Source: Macrostomum hystrix (Eukaryota; Animalia; Platyhelminthes). From it: a stretch of DNA of 64,000 bases. This document shows positions 63,066 to 64,000 of the stretch, piece by piece (positions within the stretch are counted from its first letter, which is position 1; the number at the start of each line of letters is the position of its first letter). A model generated the notes under the pieces. That model saw nothing but the letters and a program-made list of their open reading frames with translations. It had not been told where the DNA came from and did no database searches. The position numbers and the translations under genes were made by a program. The stretch lies in assembly GCA_950097015.1 (NCBI GenBank), contig CATNEN010000038.1, forward strand, positions 15,748,001 through 15,812,000. The letters are read 5' to 3'.

Positions 63066-63725
63066 TCAGACTCTAACCCAGCTCTTTCCAACCGAATAGT
63101 AAATAGCGCCCAGTTTAGCGGGCTCAACCCCCAGCCTGTAGGCCAGCAGGATCAGCGCGTTGAGGCCGCAGACGGCCAGGAATCCGTGAGTAATCCAACG
63201 CCTAGGCGAAGTCATGACGGCGGCGTCGGCGATGGCCACGTGACCGAATAATTTTAATCGTTCGGAAAATTCGATATCTTCCAAGAATGGCCAATCGCGA
63301 TATCCGCCAGCCATTGTGTAATAATAGGCGTGCATGAAGAGGCCTTGGCTACCAATGGGCATCTCGTAGCGCCTGCAGCGCCAATTAGTGTGCAGCTCCA
63401 GCAGGAGGGTGCGCAGGGCCCATGGTATGTCTTTAGTGAAGCACAATTCGTTGGGCAGTTTCAGGTGAAAGGTGAACGCGCCGGCCACAATGCCCGGCTT
63501 GCTTAGTGCGTGCACTAATATTTCGTCCCAGTTCTCTGGCAACGAGCTGTCAGCGTGCAGGGCCAGGTAATAGGCGCCACGAGCGTACCGCACGCCGTAG
63601 CGAATCATGTAGCCTCGCCCAGTTGGCAGGGAGTCCGGCAGGCGACGTATTTCGATGCTAACTCGGCGCAGCTGCGACGGCGGCAGGAAGGTGCCCGCCC
63701 GGTGACGAATGAAGTCGCGAACCAC
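63066..63725 (-). CDS. Terminal exon of a GT2 glycosyltransferase resembling the TIGR04283 family; 5' exons lie outside or at the window edge
   Basis: Acceptor TTTTCTGTTCAG|GTG at 63725. Motifs GRG..YLALHADSSLP, GAFTF, MPIGSQGLF, GGYRDWPFLEDIEFSERL, VMTSPRRW, LAYRLGVEPAKLGAIYY. Confidence 0.82.
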   Translation of the reverse strand: MVRDFIRHRAGTFLPPSQLRRVSIEIRRLPDSLPTGRGYMIRYGVRYARGAYYLALHADSSLPENWDEILVHALSKPGIVAGAFTFHLKLPNELCFTKDIPWALRTLLLELHTNWRCRRYEMPIGSQGLFMHAYYYTMAGGYRDWPFLEDIEFSERLKLFGHVAIADAAVMTSPRRWITHGFLAVCGLNALILLAYRLGVEPAKLGAIYYSVGKSWVRV

Positions 63726-63817
63726 CTGAACAGAAAAGATTGATTAGAGAGATAAAAAATTGTATTTAATAAATAAACCTACTTAGTCAGTTTCTGGAGT
63801 GCTCAGAAATTTTCTGA

Positions 63818-64000
63818 TGTGCTCAGTGAGTTTCTGGTGTGCTTAGTGAGTAGCTGGTGTGCTCAGTGAGTTTCTGGTGTGCTTAGTGAGTAGCTGGTGT
63901 GCTCAGTGAGTTTCTGGTGTGCTTAGTGAGTAGCTGGTGTGCTCAGTGAGTTTCTGGTGTGCTTAGTGAGTAGCTGGTGTGCTCAGTGAGTTTCTGGTGT
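63818..64000. repeat. 20-bp minisatellite with a strict 40-bp alternation
   Basis: GCTCAGTGAGTTTCTGGTGT / GCTTAGTGAGTAGCTGGTGT. Confidence 0.93.

Overview
Eukaryotic (animal) genomic DNA. GC-rich exons alternate with AT-rich introns, and about a third or more of the window is tandem repeat. The style (private minisatellites in most long introns, CAG-rich exons) suggests the flatworm Macrostomum or a relative; this is inference. I assembled 12 protein-coding genes by eye from GT-AG junctions and reading-frame phase. The + strand (3-29.5 kb) carries a protocadherin, a flavin-containing monooxygenase, a FAM187A-like Ig protein and an orphan ORF. The - strand (31-64 kb) carries NUDT6, COA8/APOPT1, two divergent Bcl-2-family genes, two NAT16/histidine N-acetyltransferase-like paralogs, DIXDC1/Dixin and the last exon of a bacterial-type TIGR04283-like GT2 glycosyltransferase. 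Interspersed repeats are a tRNA-derived SINE family, a CORE-type SINE family and a hAT-like MITE with an internal minisatellite. The most notable feature is a co-oriented run of six genes with predicted mitochondrial links. Within it, COA8 has no ATG of its own but starts in phase 0 at a splice acceptor, a candidate for an AUG supplied by the spliced leader. NUDT6 is separated from COA8 almost entirely by a 4.6-kb satellite, a candidate operon. Most long repetitive ORFs in the supplied track are artefacts of tandem repeats.
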